64,000 bases of DNA from Candidatus Latescibacterota bacterium. Its GTDB lineage: Bacteria > Latescibacterota > UBA2968 > UBA8231. Where the stretch lies: assembly GCA_965242865.1 (NCBI GenBank), contig CBDETK010000013.1, forward strand, positions 2,208,001 through 2,272,000, written 5' to 3'. The notes under the pieces were generated by a model, which was given only the letters and a program-made list of their open reading frames with translations, was not told the origin of the DNA and made no database searches. Shown here one piece after another: positions 44,575 to 53,723 of the stretch; position 1 is the stretch's first letter; each line of letters starts with the position of its first letter. The translations under genes and the position numbers were made by a program.

Positions 44575-46404
44575 TTAGCGCACCCATTCCTGCTCCACGA
44601 CCAAGACCCGATCGACCAACTCGCCGCGCCGCTCTTGTACGCTGCCATCGGGCCAAGTGATCTCAATCCGCTCTACGAGGGCGCAATCGCCCAAGCCAAA
44701 GTGCAAGCGGCTATCGCTCGCCGATAGATAGGTGCCGCCGCCAATCCGCTGGCGCGTTTGTACGGTGCTGCCGCAGACCACCCGCACCCGCGCCCCAACC
44801 GCATCGCGATTCGCCCGCGTCCCCACTAGCTGCAGGGACAACCAGTGACGGGCCGATCGCAGCTCGTTGCGGTACAGCCGCGCCGCGGCATTGACGTTGG
44901 TCACCAGCGCGTCCAAGTCGCCGTCGTTGTCGTAATCGCCATAAGCGGCCCCGCGCGACACCCCAGCCAACGCAAAGGCCGGGCCGCTACGGGCCGACAC
45001 GTCGGCGAAGGTACCTTGGCCATCGTTGGCGAAAAGCTGGTTGGGCTGGGCATAGCTCAACGCCGAGTCCTGTCGGGCGATGCGGTCGAGGACGTGGCCG
45101 TTGGCTACGAATAAATCCACATCCGCGTCGTTGTCGGCATCGGCAAAAAACGCGCCAAATCCCAGCGGCAGTAAGGTCGAGCCGTGCAGGCCCGCGCTCT
45201 CGGTCGCATCGGCAAAGCGGCCGCCGCCCTCGTTGCGGTACAGGGTGTTGCTCTCGCGGGAAAAGTTGGTCACCAACAGGTCGGCATCGCCGTCGCCATC
45301 GCCGTCGCCGACCGCGACCCCCATGCCGGCCTCGGCTTGGCCGGTGCCGTTGTACGCGGCCCCGGCCGCCAGCCCGGCCTCGGCAAACGTGCCGTCGCCG
45401 CGATTGCGGTAGAAAAAATTGCGCGTCCCGTCGTTGGCCACGTACACGTCGAGGGACCCATCGCCGTCAAAATCAGCGGCCGCGACCCCTAGCCCCTTGC
45501 CAAAAGGACTGAAGACCCCGCTGGCCTGCGCCACGTCGGAGAACCGCCCGTCCCCCTCGTTGCGAAAGAGGGCGTCGGGCGCGCCGTTGTAGCGTCTCGG
45601 GCTGCAATAGGTCCGCTGGTCGGCCGGAACGCGCAAGGTGGCCCCAGTGCTGGCGACCGCGCCGCCGCACAAGCGGTTGGTGCTCGGCGTCAAGTCGAGG
45701 TAATTAGCCACGTATAGATCGAGATCGCCGTCGTTGTCGTAGTCGAAAAAGGCCGCGCTCGTACTCCAGTGGGGGTCGGCCACGCCAGCGGCCTGCGCCC
45801 GCTCGGCAAAGGTCCCGTCCTCCTGATTCCGGTAGAAGGCATTGCGACCGTAATTGGTCACGTAGAGATCGGCGCGCCCGTCGTTGTCGTAATCGCCGAC
45901 CGCGCACCCCATGCCGTAGCCCAGATCGCCGGTCTTGGTCTGCGCGGTGACCTCGCGGAAGGTGCCGCCCGCATTGTGGTAGAGGCGATTTTGCGTCTGC
46001 CCCGAGCCGGGCGCTTGACGCCACGCCAACACCAAGGTATCCACTCGGCCATCGTAGCGCAGGGGCGGTCGGAACTCCTCGACGACCCAAGTGCCCGCTG
46101 AATCGCCGGTCACGAGGTTGACCGGCACCAAGTGCTCGCGCCACGGCGACAGGTCAAAGCCATCGACGAGATACACGTCTAGCCAGCCATCGTCGTCCCA
46201 GTCGAAAAAGGCCGCGCCGGCCCCCATCGTCTCAATCAGGAAGTAATCGCCGCTGGCGCCGCTGGTGTGGCGAAAATCTAGCCCGACCTCGGCCGCCACC
46301 TCCACGAAAAAGGCCGAGGACTTGGGCGCGTCACAGCCGCAGCACAGGAAGAAAAAAACCAAGATCGGGAGCAAAATGGATGGATGAGGGGCGTAGCTAT
46401 TCAC
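44575..46404 (-). CDS. CRTAC1-family protein (FG-GAP/VCBS repeats + ASPIC/UnbV domain)
   Basis: Same motif set (ANRDAVGARV, RLHFGLG, ITWPDG); probable GTG start near 46404 before a lipoprotein-like signal. Confidence 0.85.
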   Translation of the reverse strand: MNSYAPHPSILLPILVFFFLCCGCDAPKSSAFFVEVAAEVGLDFRHTSGASGDYFLIETMGAGAAFFDWDDDGWLDVYLVDGFDLSPWREHLVPVNLVTGDSAGTWVVEEFRPPLRYDGRVDTLVLAWRQAPGSGQTQNRLYHNAGGTFREVTAQTKTGDLGYGMGCAVGDYDNDGRADLYVTNYGRNAFYRNQEDGTFAERAQAAGVADPHWSTSAAFFDYDNDGDLDLYVANYLDLTPSTNRLCGGAVASTGATLRVPADQRTYCSPRRYNGAPDALFRNEGDGRFSDVAQASGVFSPFGKGLGVAAADFDGDGSLDVYVANDGTRNFFYRNRGDGTFAEAGLAAGAAYNGTGQAEAGMGVAVGDGDGDGDADLLVTNFSRESNTLYRNEGGGRFADATESAGLHGSTLLPLGFGAFFADADNDADVDLFVANGHVLDRIARQDSALSYAQPNQLFANDGQGTFADVSARSGPAFALAGVSRGAAYGDYDNDGDLDALVTNVNAAARLYRNELRSARHWLSLQLVGTRANRDAVGARVRVVCGSTVQTRQRIGGGTYLSASDSRLHFGLGDCALVERIEITWPDGSVQERRGELVDRVLVVEQEWVR

Positions 46405-46565
46405 CGCAAAAAAGTAAGCCCTACCTGCAAACGGAGCCAATTGAGGGGCCGCTCTTCGGTAGTGGATCCGTTTGAAATTCACTATGTTTGAAAAGGGGAA
46501 TGCCAACCGGATGACCGTCATCCGGGCTTTAGTCACCCGCAGACCAAAAGCAAGGAGTCTTTCCT

Positions 46566-47375
46566 ATGAACGAGAATACCTTTCGCGTCGTGCTTGCCGA
46601 AGCACTTAAGCCCGTAATGGACCGGCTGGACCGGATAGAGACAAAGGTCGATGGCCTAGAGACAAAAGTCGATAGCTTAGAAACGAAGGTCGATGGCCTA
46701 GAAACGAAGGTCGATAGCTTAGAAACGAAGGTCGATGGCTTAGAGACAAAAGTCGATGGCCTAGAAACGAAGGTCGATAGCTTAGAGACAAAAGTTGATG
46801 GCTTAGAAACGAAGGTCGATGGCCTAGAAACGAAGGTCGATGGCCTAGAAACGAAATTCGATGGCCTAGAAACGAAATTCGATGGCCTAGAAACGAAATT
46901 CGATGGCCTAGAAACGAAATTCGATGGCCTAGAAACGAAATTCGATGGCCTAGAAACGAAATTCGATGGCCTAGAAACGAAGGTCGATGGCCTAGAAACG
47001 AAATTCGATGGCCTAGAAACGAAGGTCGATGGCCTAGAAACGAAATTCGATGGCCTAGCGACAAAGCTCGACGACCACGAGGATAAGACCGCTGAACGGT
47101 TTGCCGCTTTGGCGGTGAAGGTGGTCAGCTTAGAGACGAAGCTCGACGACCACGAGGATAAGACCGCTGAGCGATTTGCCGCTTTGGCGGTGAAGGTAGT
47201 CAGCCTAGAGACGAAGCTTGACGACCACGAGGATAAGACCGCTGAGCGGTTTGCCGCCTTGGCGGTGAAGGTAGTCAGCCTAGAAACGAAGCTCGACGAC
47301 CACGAGGACAAGACCGCCGGTCAGCTTGCTTCTTTAGCGTTCAATCTATCCCAAACGAAGGATGTCAACGCCTAA
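46566..47375 (+). CDS. Tandem-repeat coiled-coil protein
   Basis: AAGGAG RBS; 20 heptads ETK(V/F)D(G/S)L then three-plus 25-aa units; downstream terminator. Confidence 0.75.
   Translation: MNENTFRVVLAEALKPVMDRLDRIETKVDGLETKVDSLETKVDGLETKVDSLETKVDGLETKVDGLETKVDSLETKVDGLETKVDGLETKVDGLETKFDGLETKFDGLETKFDGLETKFDGLETKFDGLETKFDGLETKVDGLETKFDGLETKVDGLETKFDGLATKLDDHEDKTAERFAALAVKVVSLETKLDDHEDKTAERFAALAVKVVSLETKLDDHEDKTAERFAALAVKVVSLETKLDDHEDKTAGQLASLAFNLSQTKDVNA
46638..47057 (+). repeat. 21-bp tandem repeat x20
   Basis: Unit approximately GAAACGAAGGTCGATGGCCTA, no spacers. Confidence 0.95.
47061..47317 (+). repeat. 75-bp tandem repeat, three full copies plus a partial
   Basis: AAGCTCGACGACCACGAGGATAAGACCGC recurs every 75 bp. 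Confidence 0.9.
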
Positions 47376-47415
47376 AGGACCTCAAAGGCCGCGCCAGCGC
47401 ACCACTATTTTAACC

Positions 47416-47448
47416 AACCCCCAGACGCGGTGCGTCCGGGGGTTTTCT
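47416..47448 (+). terminator. Rho-independent terminator
   Basis: AACCCCCAGACGC-GGT-GCGTCCGGGGGTT followed by TTCT. Confidence 0.6.
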
Positions 47449-47527
47449 CTAGTAATTTCACGGATACACTACCCAAACGCATAGGACGACGCTATGGCTG
47501 CTCCGCCTGACCGGCACTTCCATCGAA

Positions 47528-47704
47528 ATGACCGAGCAGGACTTCAACGACCTAGTGCGGATTCACCTATGCGACTGGCTGGAGCAGGTGGCGCGGTGGG
47601 GCCGATGGGACTATCGCCGCGCCGCCTTCGAGCGCATGGCACAGCGCTTAGGTGGCATTGCCGCGGAGCGGTTCGCCGTGGTGTTCGCCGGTCGCCTCAA
47701 ATAG
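47528..47704 (+). pseudogene. Probable 3' gene remnant (58 aa, MTEQDFNDLVRIHLCDWLEQV...)
   Basis: Protein-like frame absent from the ORF track because it is under 60 aa; no clear RBS or N-terminus. Confidence 0.35.
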
Positions 47705-49190
47705 ATACCGAAAACAGCTTGGCTTTGTACAGGTGAAAGCGGAGGCCGACCTGTTCGCCGGCGAGGGCCGCTAGATCGGCTCGGCCCCTCCAGCGCGCGG
47801 CCTCAGCGATGGAATCGCCCGTGAGCGGCTCGGCCTCTTTGAGCGAGAAGCCGGGGTAGGCTTCTACCGGCTGCGGAGGCGTGTGAATGGTCTGGACGAT
47901 TTCGGCCTTGATCCAGCCGTCTGGGGCCGTGCGAAAGTTGAGCAGCAGGGCGCGGCCGGCGCACGGTCGCTCAATGAGCGTGACCCGTCCCTCGCCTTTG
48001 GCCTCGATCCCCGCGAGCCGGTCGGGGTCCCAACAGGCCCAGCGAAATTCTCCATCCTCGGGGTACGCCGCGCCGCGGCGGAGGAAGTCGTGGCGGCGTT
48101 GGTAGCCCCTAAAGGGCAGCCGCCAAGTGCCGTTGGCAGCGATGAGATTCGGGCTGGCGTAGAGCTGGCCGTAGGTTCCCCCCTCGTAATTGAGGTCGAT
48201 AATGGGCTGGCGGAAGGGCCGGATCCATTGGTGGCTATCGCGGCTGACCGCGAGCTGGACATCGACCGTAGAGGCGATCCGGTGGTACACCGACGGAAAC
48301 ATCAGATAGCGCGGCTGCGTCCCTGGGTACGGGGTGTAGCAGGGATTGTACAGGTCGTCGTCAATCGGGTCCAAGGGGTCGGGCAGGAGGCAGGGGCGCG
48401 GGTCGGCCAAGGCGGCAAACCGCGCGCCCGACACGCGGCGCACCAAGCGCCGACGGTCGAGATGGCCGCGCAAGTACGCCACGTATTGCCCTTGGTGCGG
48501 ATCGTATGCGCAGAGGTTGTGGGTGTCTAGCTGGGTCGCGCCTGCGTCAAAGACGGGGGTGCTGAGGTTTTGCCAGTGGATGCCATCGGGCGAGACCGCG
48601 CCGTGGAGCTGCTGCCGAATCTCAATTCCTCGGGCCTTTTCCCCGGCCGACACATCCCCCAAGTCGCGGGCCACGAGCAGGGCCTTGAAGCGGGCGGAGT
48701 CCATTTCTGGATCGGGCTGGCCATTGCGGAAGTAGCGCGCCCCCGGGCCGACGGCTTTGTAGCGCTCGGCCGCCGGGGCGCTGGGGTCGATGAACACCCA
48801 GCCGAGGGGATGGTCGTGGCCCGCGCTGATGATGTTGTTGCGGGTAGAGCCTTCGTACTCGCACAAGCCCAAATCCGGTCGTTGCCAGCAAAAGCCGTCG
48901 TCGCTTTCGGCGTAGCAGACATAAGAGCGTGCAATGTCGTCCAAGCGCTGCACCCCGTACCAGAGGCGATAGCACCCTTCGGCGTGTAGCATGGCGTTGA
49001 TGTGGAGATTGGCACCTTGCTCCCAAGGGCGTTCCTGGTGGAAGAAGACCGCGGACTTACGAGCCAGCTCGGGCGCGAGTTCAATGCCTTGGGGCGGGTC
49101 CTGCGACCAGACGGTGCCGTCGTCTTCGAGCTTGCGGTGGGAGGGCCAGACTCCGTACCAGTCGAGAAAGGGCGTGGGTTGGGGCTGCAT
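47697..49190 (-). CDS. Hypothetical protein, five-bladed beta-propeller glycoside-hydrolase-like
   Basis: YRLWY, CYAESDDG..W..P.LG, SPDGIHW, VQLAVSRD...W motifs. Confidence 0.6.
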   Translation of the reverse strand: MQPQPTPFLDWYGVWPSHRKLEDDGTVWSQDPPQGIELAPELARKSAVFFHQERPWEQGANLHINAMLHAEGCYRLWYGVQRLDDIARSYVCYAESDDGFCWQRPDLGLCEYEGSTRNNIISAGHDHPLGWVFIDPSAPAAERYKAVGPGARYFRNGQPDPEMDSARFKALLVARDLGDVSAGEKARGIEIRQQLHGAVSPDGIHWQNLSTPVFDAGATQLDTHNLCAYDPHQGQYVAYLRGHLDRRRLVRRVSGARFAALADPRPCLLPDPLDPIDDDLYNPCYTPYPGTQPRYLMFPSVYHRIASTVDVQLAVSRDSHQWIRPFRQPIIDLNYEGGTYGQLYASPNLIAANGTWRLPFRGYQRRHDFLRRGAAYPEDGEFRWACWDPDRLAGIEAKGEGRVTLIERPCAGRALLLNFRTAPDGWIKAEIVQTIHTPPQPVEAYPGFSLKEAEPLTGDSIAEAARWRGRADLAALAGEQVGLRFHLYKAKLFSVSI

Positions 49191-49196
49191 GGCGAA

Positions 49197-50216
49197 TTAC
49201 TCCCGGGTTAGGTCGCTGAGGTGGACCAGCTCGCCGCCGCGTTCGGCCGAGGCATTGGCCCCCAAGACCGCGGCGAGGCTGTTGAGCGAAGGCACGTAGG
49301 GGCTGCGCGGCAGGGCCGGGTCGTCCGCTTGGACCGCGGCGATAAAGGCGCGGGCCTGCGCAAAAAAGGCGCCCCGCGATTGCGGCGCTTGGTCGGCTTC
49401 CCACACCACCTCGCCGTTTTCCCGCACCTGCTGCGGATTCCACTCAATGACCGAGTCGTCGCTGATGACGAGGATTTCGCGCCGCGCGTACTCGACATGG
49501 CTCAGTACCCGCGAGACGCTGGCGTTGGCCGTCAAGCGCTCCTTAAAGCGGTAGTTGACGTTGTACACGTGGGGCAGATTCATCGGCTCAATGCGCTCTT
49601 CGGGCAGGGATTCGACGTAGAAGGCCGACACCGCCTCAATATCGCCGAGCCAGTAGCGCAGCAGATCGACGCTGTGGATGGTGTTTTCCACAAACGAGCC
49701 GCCGCAGAGTTCGTAGCGGCTGGTCCAGTAGCGGATCGGCTGGCCGCTGTAGAAGTTTTGGATTTGGGCGTGGCGCGGCGTGCGCTTCTGCACCAACTCC
49801 AAGGTCGGCGCGGAAGCCGGCTCGTAGCGATAGACAAAGCCGACTTGGGATACGATGCCGGCTTTTGCAATGGCGGCGTTGAACTCGGCGACTTGCGCCA
49901 GATCGAGGGTCTGCGGCTTTTCGACGAACAGGGCGACGCCTTGGTCCGCGGCGATGAGCACCTCGTCGGTGTGTGCGGTCGGCGGAATGCACAAGTAAAC
50001 CGCGTCGAGTTGCTGCTCGGCGAACATCAGGTGGTGATCGGTATAGGTCGAGCGAGGCTTGTAGGCGGCCGCTTGTTCGCGGAGAGTCTCCTCGCTTTGG
50101 TCGCAAAAGGCTTGGAAAACGACTTGGCCTTCCTCGGCCAGAGCCGCTAACGCCGGCAGGTGCGCCCTTTGGGTGATCCAGCCGAGGCCAATGCAGCCGA
50201 CGCGGACAGGTTTCAT
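49197..50216 (-). CDS. Gfo/Idh/MocA oxidoreductase
   Basis: VGCIGLGWI Rossmann motif, EKP, H..D; ATG 50216 after GAGGAGG. Confidence 0.88.
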   Translation of the reverse strand: MKPVRVGCIGLGWITQRAHLPALAALAEEGQVVFQAFCDQSEETLREQAAAYKPRSTYTDHHLMFAEQQLDAVYLCIPPTAHTDEVLIAADQGVALFVEKPQTLDLAQVAEFNAAIAKAGIVSQVGFVYRYEPASAPTLELVQKRTPRHAQIQNFYSGQPIRYWTSRYELCGGSFVENTIHSVDLLRYWLGDIEAVSAFYVESLPEERIEPMNLPHVYNVNYRFKERLTANASVSRVLSHVEYARREILVISDDSVIEWNPQQVRENGEVVWEADQAPQSRGAFFAQARAFIAAVQADDPALPRSPYVPSLNSLAAVLGANASAERGGELVHLSDLTRE

Positions 50217-50229
50217 CAGCAATTCCTCC

Positions 50230-51132
50230 TCAAACGGTGAGTCTTTCGATGCGGGCGACGAGTTCGGCCGACAAGGAGCGGCCATCGGAAACGGCCGCGG
50301 AGGCTTCGAGTTCGTCTAGGGTGGCCGCCCCGGTGAGCAGCACGGAGACTTGGGGATCCGACAGCAAGTAGCGCAGCCCGTGGTCGGGCAGGTCGCCGGG
50401 CTCGCCGGCGAGCAGGGCTTCGACTTTTTCGAGTTTGGGGTACAGCTCGGCAAAGCGCCCCAGCTCCTGCCAAGCGGCGCGCTTGGAACCAAGCAGGCCG
50501 GCGTGCAGCGGCGAGGCGAGGACGACGGCCACATCGCGGGCGGCCGCGGTGGGCAGCAGGAGCTCCTTGGCCGTCTGCACCAGCAAGTCGTATTGGAGAA
50601 AGGTGACCACCGAGACGAAGGCGTCGGACTCGGCGAGCACATCGCGCATGAGCACCAAGTCCGAGCCAGTTAGGCCGATGTGGGTGGCCAAGCCTTGCTC
50701 GCGAATTTCGAGCATAGTCTCTAAGGCGCGCCCTGGGCCGAATATCCCCTCCCAACCGGCCTGCTCGGCCTCGTGGAGCTGCAACAGATCGACCGAGTCG
50801 CGCTGCAAGCGCGTGAGACTGCCCTCAAGCCCCTGCCACACAGCGTCGTACGTGTAGTCGAAAGGCGCGGGATAATAGCCGACCTTGGTCGCCAGATAAT
50901 GGGGCGCGTCAACGCCTTTGAGGGCGTGGCCGAGGACCTTTTCGCTGCGGCCTTGGCCGTAGAGCGGGGCCGTGTCAAAGTAGTTGATGCCGAGTTCGAG
51001 GGCGCGCTCGACCATGGCGACGCCGTGCGCCACCGGCAAGAGGCCGTATTCCGGGCGTCCGTAAAACCAAGACCCGCCCAAGGCGATTTCGCTGACCTGC
51101 CAATTTGTTTTGCCGAATCGTCGGTATCGCAT
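50230..51132 (-). CDS. Aldo/keto reductase
   Basis: GINYFDTAPLYG, SE..LG, ATKVG, SL.RLQ.D.VDLLQLH. Confidence 0.92.
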   Translation of the reverse strand: MRYRRFGKTNWQVSEIALGGSWFYGRPEYGLLPVAHGVAMVERALELGINYFDTAPLYGQGRSEKVLGHALKGVDAPHYLATKVGYYPAPFDYTYDAVWQGLEGSLTRLQRDSVDLLQLHEAEQAGWEGIFGPGRALETMLEIREQGLATHIGLTGSDLVLMRDVLAESDAFVSVVTFLQYDLLVQTAKELLLPTAAARDVAVVLASPLHAGLLGSKRAAWQELGRFAELYPKLEKVEALLAGEPGDLPDHGLRYLLSDPQVSVLLTGAATLDELEASAAVSDGRSLSAELVARIERLTV

Positions 51133-51219
51133 GGGCACTCCGCTGTTGGGGGCTAAGGGGACGGAGTAACTTAGACACAGCGACGGCTGATTTCAATTCC
51201 CAATTTTTTGGAGGCCACC

Positions 51220-52008
51220 ATGCACTACAGCTATATGGTAATCGACTTTGCGGATCTCGGGGGCGATTTCGCCGCCGGATTGAGCTTCATCCGGGACTGC
51301 GGGTACGCTGGCGTCGAGCTGAACCTGACGCCAGCGGTCCTCGGCCAATTAGACGCGATTGAACGTGCGGTCGAGGCGCGTGGCTTGGTGGTGCCGTCGC
51401 TGTTGACCGGAGCGGCCTATGCCGAGGGGCTGTGCTTGAGCGCGGCCGACCCGCGCCGCCGCGCCAGCGCGGTCGCTCGGCTGCGGGAGTACCTGCCGAT
51501 TGCCCAGCGATTTAACGCCCTCCTCGTGGTCGGGCTTTTGCAGGGCTTGCGCACGGACGAGGCCGACGCCGAAGTGGCCAACGAGCGGATTGCGGCCGGC
51601 CTGCGCGAAGTGGGGTTGGCCGCGCAAGCCGCTGGCGTGGACTTGGTCGTTGAGCCGATCAATCACCTGCAAGTGGGGTTTAACCATTCTGTGGGCGAGG
51701 TGTGCGCTCTGATCGAGCGCATTGGCTCCCCAGCTTTTGGGCCGATGGTCGATACGATCCACATGAACATTGAGGAAAAGTCCTTGACCCAACCCATTTT
51801 CGCCTGCCGCAACGCGCTGCGGCACGTCCACTTGTGCGAGAGCAATGGCGGCGTCCTCGGCAGCGGCCACCTCGACTTCAAGGCCGTGCTCGCCGCCTTA
51901 GACGCCATCGGGTACGCGGGTTTTGCCTCGGTCAAGATCTATCGCCAAGCCCGGTTGCGCGAAGCCGCGCCCGCCAGCTTGGCGTACTTGCGCACACTAA
52001 GCGGCTAG
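51220..52008 (+). CDS. Sugar phosphate isomerase/epimerase (TIM barrel, D-tagatose-3-epimerase-like)
   Basis: EPINH, DTIHMNIEE, HVHLCESN...GSGHLDF; GGAGG RBS. Confidence 0.85.
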   Translation: MHYSYMVIDFADLGGDFAAGLSFIRDCGYAGVELNLTPAVLGQLDAIERAVEARGLVVPSLLTGAAYAEGLCLSAADPRRRASAVARLREYLPIAQRFNALLVVGLLQGLRTDEADAEVANERIAAGLREVGLAAQAAGVDLVVEPINHLQVGFNHSVGEVCALIERIGSPAFGPMVDTIHMNIEEKSLTQPIFACRNALRHVHLCESNGGVLGSGHLDFKAVLAALDAIGYAGFASVKIYRQARLREAAPASLAYLRTLSG

Positions 52009-52370
52009 CGGGCCGCCCAATACCCGACGAATACGGCGGGAATCCCCAGCACCATCTGTAGCCCAAGGTGGACTAGAGCGGCTGGCACCTGCCCCGCGCG
52101 CAGTATCTGCGCGGTCTCGTAGGCCACGGAGGAAAAGGTGGTGAAGCCGCCGAGGAGGCCGACGAAGAGAAACAGCCGGAGCGGGAGGCTTAGGTATTGA
52201 CGCTCTTCGGCCCAACCGCCCAAAAAGCCGATGAGCAGGCAGCCGACCACGTTGACCACGAGGGAGCCGTAGAGCGGGGTGCCCAACAGACGCTGCACCC
52301 CCATCGAGACCAAGTAGCGCAGCACGGCCCCAATAAAGCCGCCGCAACCCACCAGTAAAATGCGTTCCAT
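52005..52370 (-). CDS. crcB: Fluoride channel FluC/CrcB
   Basis: GGFIGAVLRY, VNVVGCLLIG, GLLGGFTTFSS; four TM segments. Confidence 0.93.
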   Translation of the reverse strand: MERILLVGCGGFIGAVLRYLVSMGVQRLLGTPLYGSLVVNVVGCLLIGFLGGWAEERQYLSLPLRLFLFVGLLGGFTTFSSVAYETAQILRAGQVPAALVHLGLQMVLGIPAVFVGYWAAR

Positions 52371-52490
52371 GACGTGCTAACAACGGCATCGCCCGATGCG
52401 CGGGCAAGATCTATAGATCGTCTGGAGAGGCGTCGGGAATTTGGGTTTTTTCATCAACGCAATCTCACTTACGCGCCGAGGAGGCCAACC

Positions 52491-53723
52491 GTGAAAATCA
52501 CCGACATCGACATCATTCCGGCGCACGTGCCGCTCGCCGCTCGCAACGCCGAGCACGCCGTGCGCTTCCGCTCAATTGACCAGCGCACCTTTTTCAAGGT
52601 CCAAACCGACAACGGCTTGGTGGGCTGGGGCGAGTATCGCTGCATGCCGCCGCCCGCCCAGAGCGTGGAGGGCCTGATCGGTTACAGTCCCTTTGACTTT
52701 TTGGGCCGCGATGTCCACCTCGGCTTGGCCGGGGCCCTGTACGACGTGATGGGCCAGTACCTCGAAGTGCCGGCCTACAAGCTAATGGGCCCCAAAGTGC
52801 GCGACCGCGTGCCGGTGGCGGCTTGGACTCGGCCCGCCGATCCCGAGGCACTGAGCCGCGAAATCCGCCGCGCCGCCGACCAAGGCTATCGGCTGTTCAA
52901 GATGCACACGTGCCAGCACTACGATGTGTTTGAGCAAAACCGAGCGGTAGAGGACGTGGCGCCCGCAGGCTTCAAGATGCAGTACGACTTCAATGCCAAC
53001 CGCACCTTGGCCACCGTGCTCCCCCTCGTCAAACAACTCGAAAAATCGCCCGTAGTAGGCTATATCGAGGATCCCTTGGTGCTGAGTGATGTAGAAGGCT
53101 GGCGACGGCTCCGCGCCCAATGCGGCGTACCGCTGGTCATGCACGTGCCGCCGCTGGGCGGGTTGCAGGAGGTCGTGCAGGGGATGGCCGATGCGTATAT
53201 CGTGGCCGAATACTGCGGCGGGTTTGGCGACGCGCTGGTGCGCGGCTTGGCTTACGGCAAAGCCAATGTGCAAGTGATAGTGCAGCTAACCGGGGGCACC
53301 TTGGCCAAGGCGTTGGCCCTGCACTTGGCGGCCGTGCTGCCCACGGCTGCTCACTCGATCAACCTCGACGACCAGTACGAGGAGGACGCGGCCCGGCAGC
53401 GCATTGAGATCGTCGAGGGCTGTTCGCCCGTGCCCGAGGGGCCGGGCCTTGGCGTGGAGGTGGATGAAGCGGTCATCGTGCGCTTGGCGCAGCGCGGCCC
53501 AGCGGAGATTCCCCGGCACTTGGGCAAGCTGCGCCTGCCAGACGGGCACGTGCTCTACACGGCCGGCATCCCGCCGCTCGATGCGTTGACCGGCTTTGCC
53601 GAGGGAACCATCCGGGGCTTGTCCTTTGCGGTGTGGAACGACGATGGGTCCGAGGAATTCGCCCGTCTGTACGAGCGGGTGGAAGCGGAAGGGGCGGTGC
53701 TGGCGTCTCAGCCCCGCAGTTGA
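52491..53723 (+). CDS. Mandelate racemase/muconate lactonizing (enolase superfamily) enzyme
   Basis: MKITDI start after GAGGAGG; TDNGLVGWGE, P.YKLMG..RDRVP, DFN, EDP, PEGPGLGVEVD. Confidence 0.87.
   Translation: MKITDIDIIPAHVPLAARNAEHAVRFRSIDQRTFFKVQTDNGLVGWGEYRCMPPPAQSVEGLIGYSPFDFLGRDVHLGLAGALYDVMGQYLEVPAYKLMGPKVRDRVPVAAWTRPADPEALSREIRRAADQGYRLFKMHTCQHYDVFEQNRAVEDVAPAGFKMQYDFNANRTLATVLPLVKQLEKSPVVGYIEDPLVLSDVEGWRRLRAQCGVPLVMHVPPLGGLQEVVQGMADAYIVAEYCGGFGDALVRGLAYGKANVQVIVQLTGGTLAKALALHLAAVLPTAAHSINLDDQYEEDAARQRIEIVEGCSPVPEGPGLGVEVDEAVIVRLAQRGPAEIPRHLGKLRLPDGHVLYTAGIPPLDALTGFAEGTIRGLSFAVWNDDGSEEFARLYERVEAEGAVLASQPRS

Noticed and set aside
46529-47311. Antisense Ser-rich repeat ORF
   Set aside because: Reverse reading of the tandem repeat; the plus-strand ORF has the RBS and terminator
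46638-47317. Possible CRISPR array
   Set aside because: Repeats are contiguous with no unique spacers, are multiples of 3 inside an ORF, and no cas genes are present
52371-52490. Fluoride riboswitch upstream of crcB
   Set aside because: Could not find the conserved GATG...TGA pseudoknot pattern by eye; an Rfam covariance search would settle it
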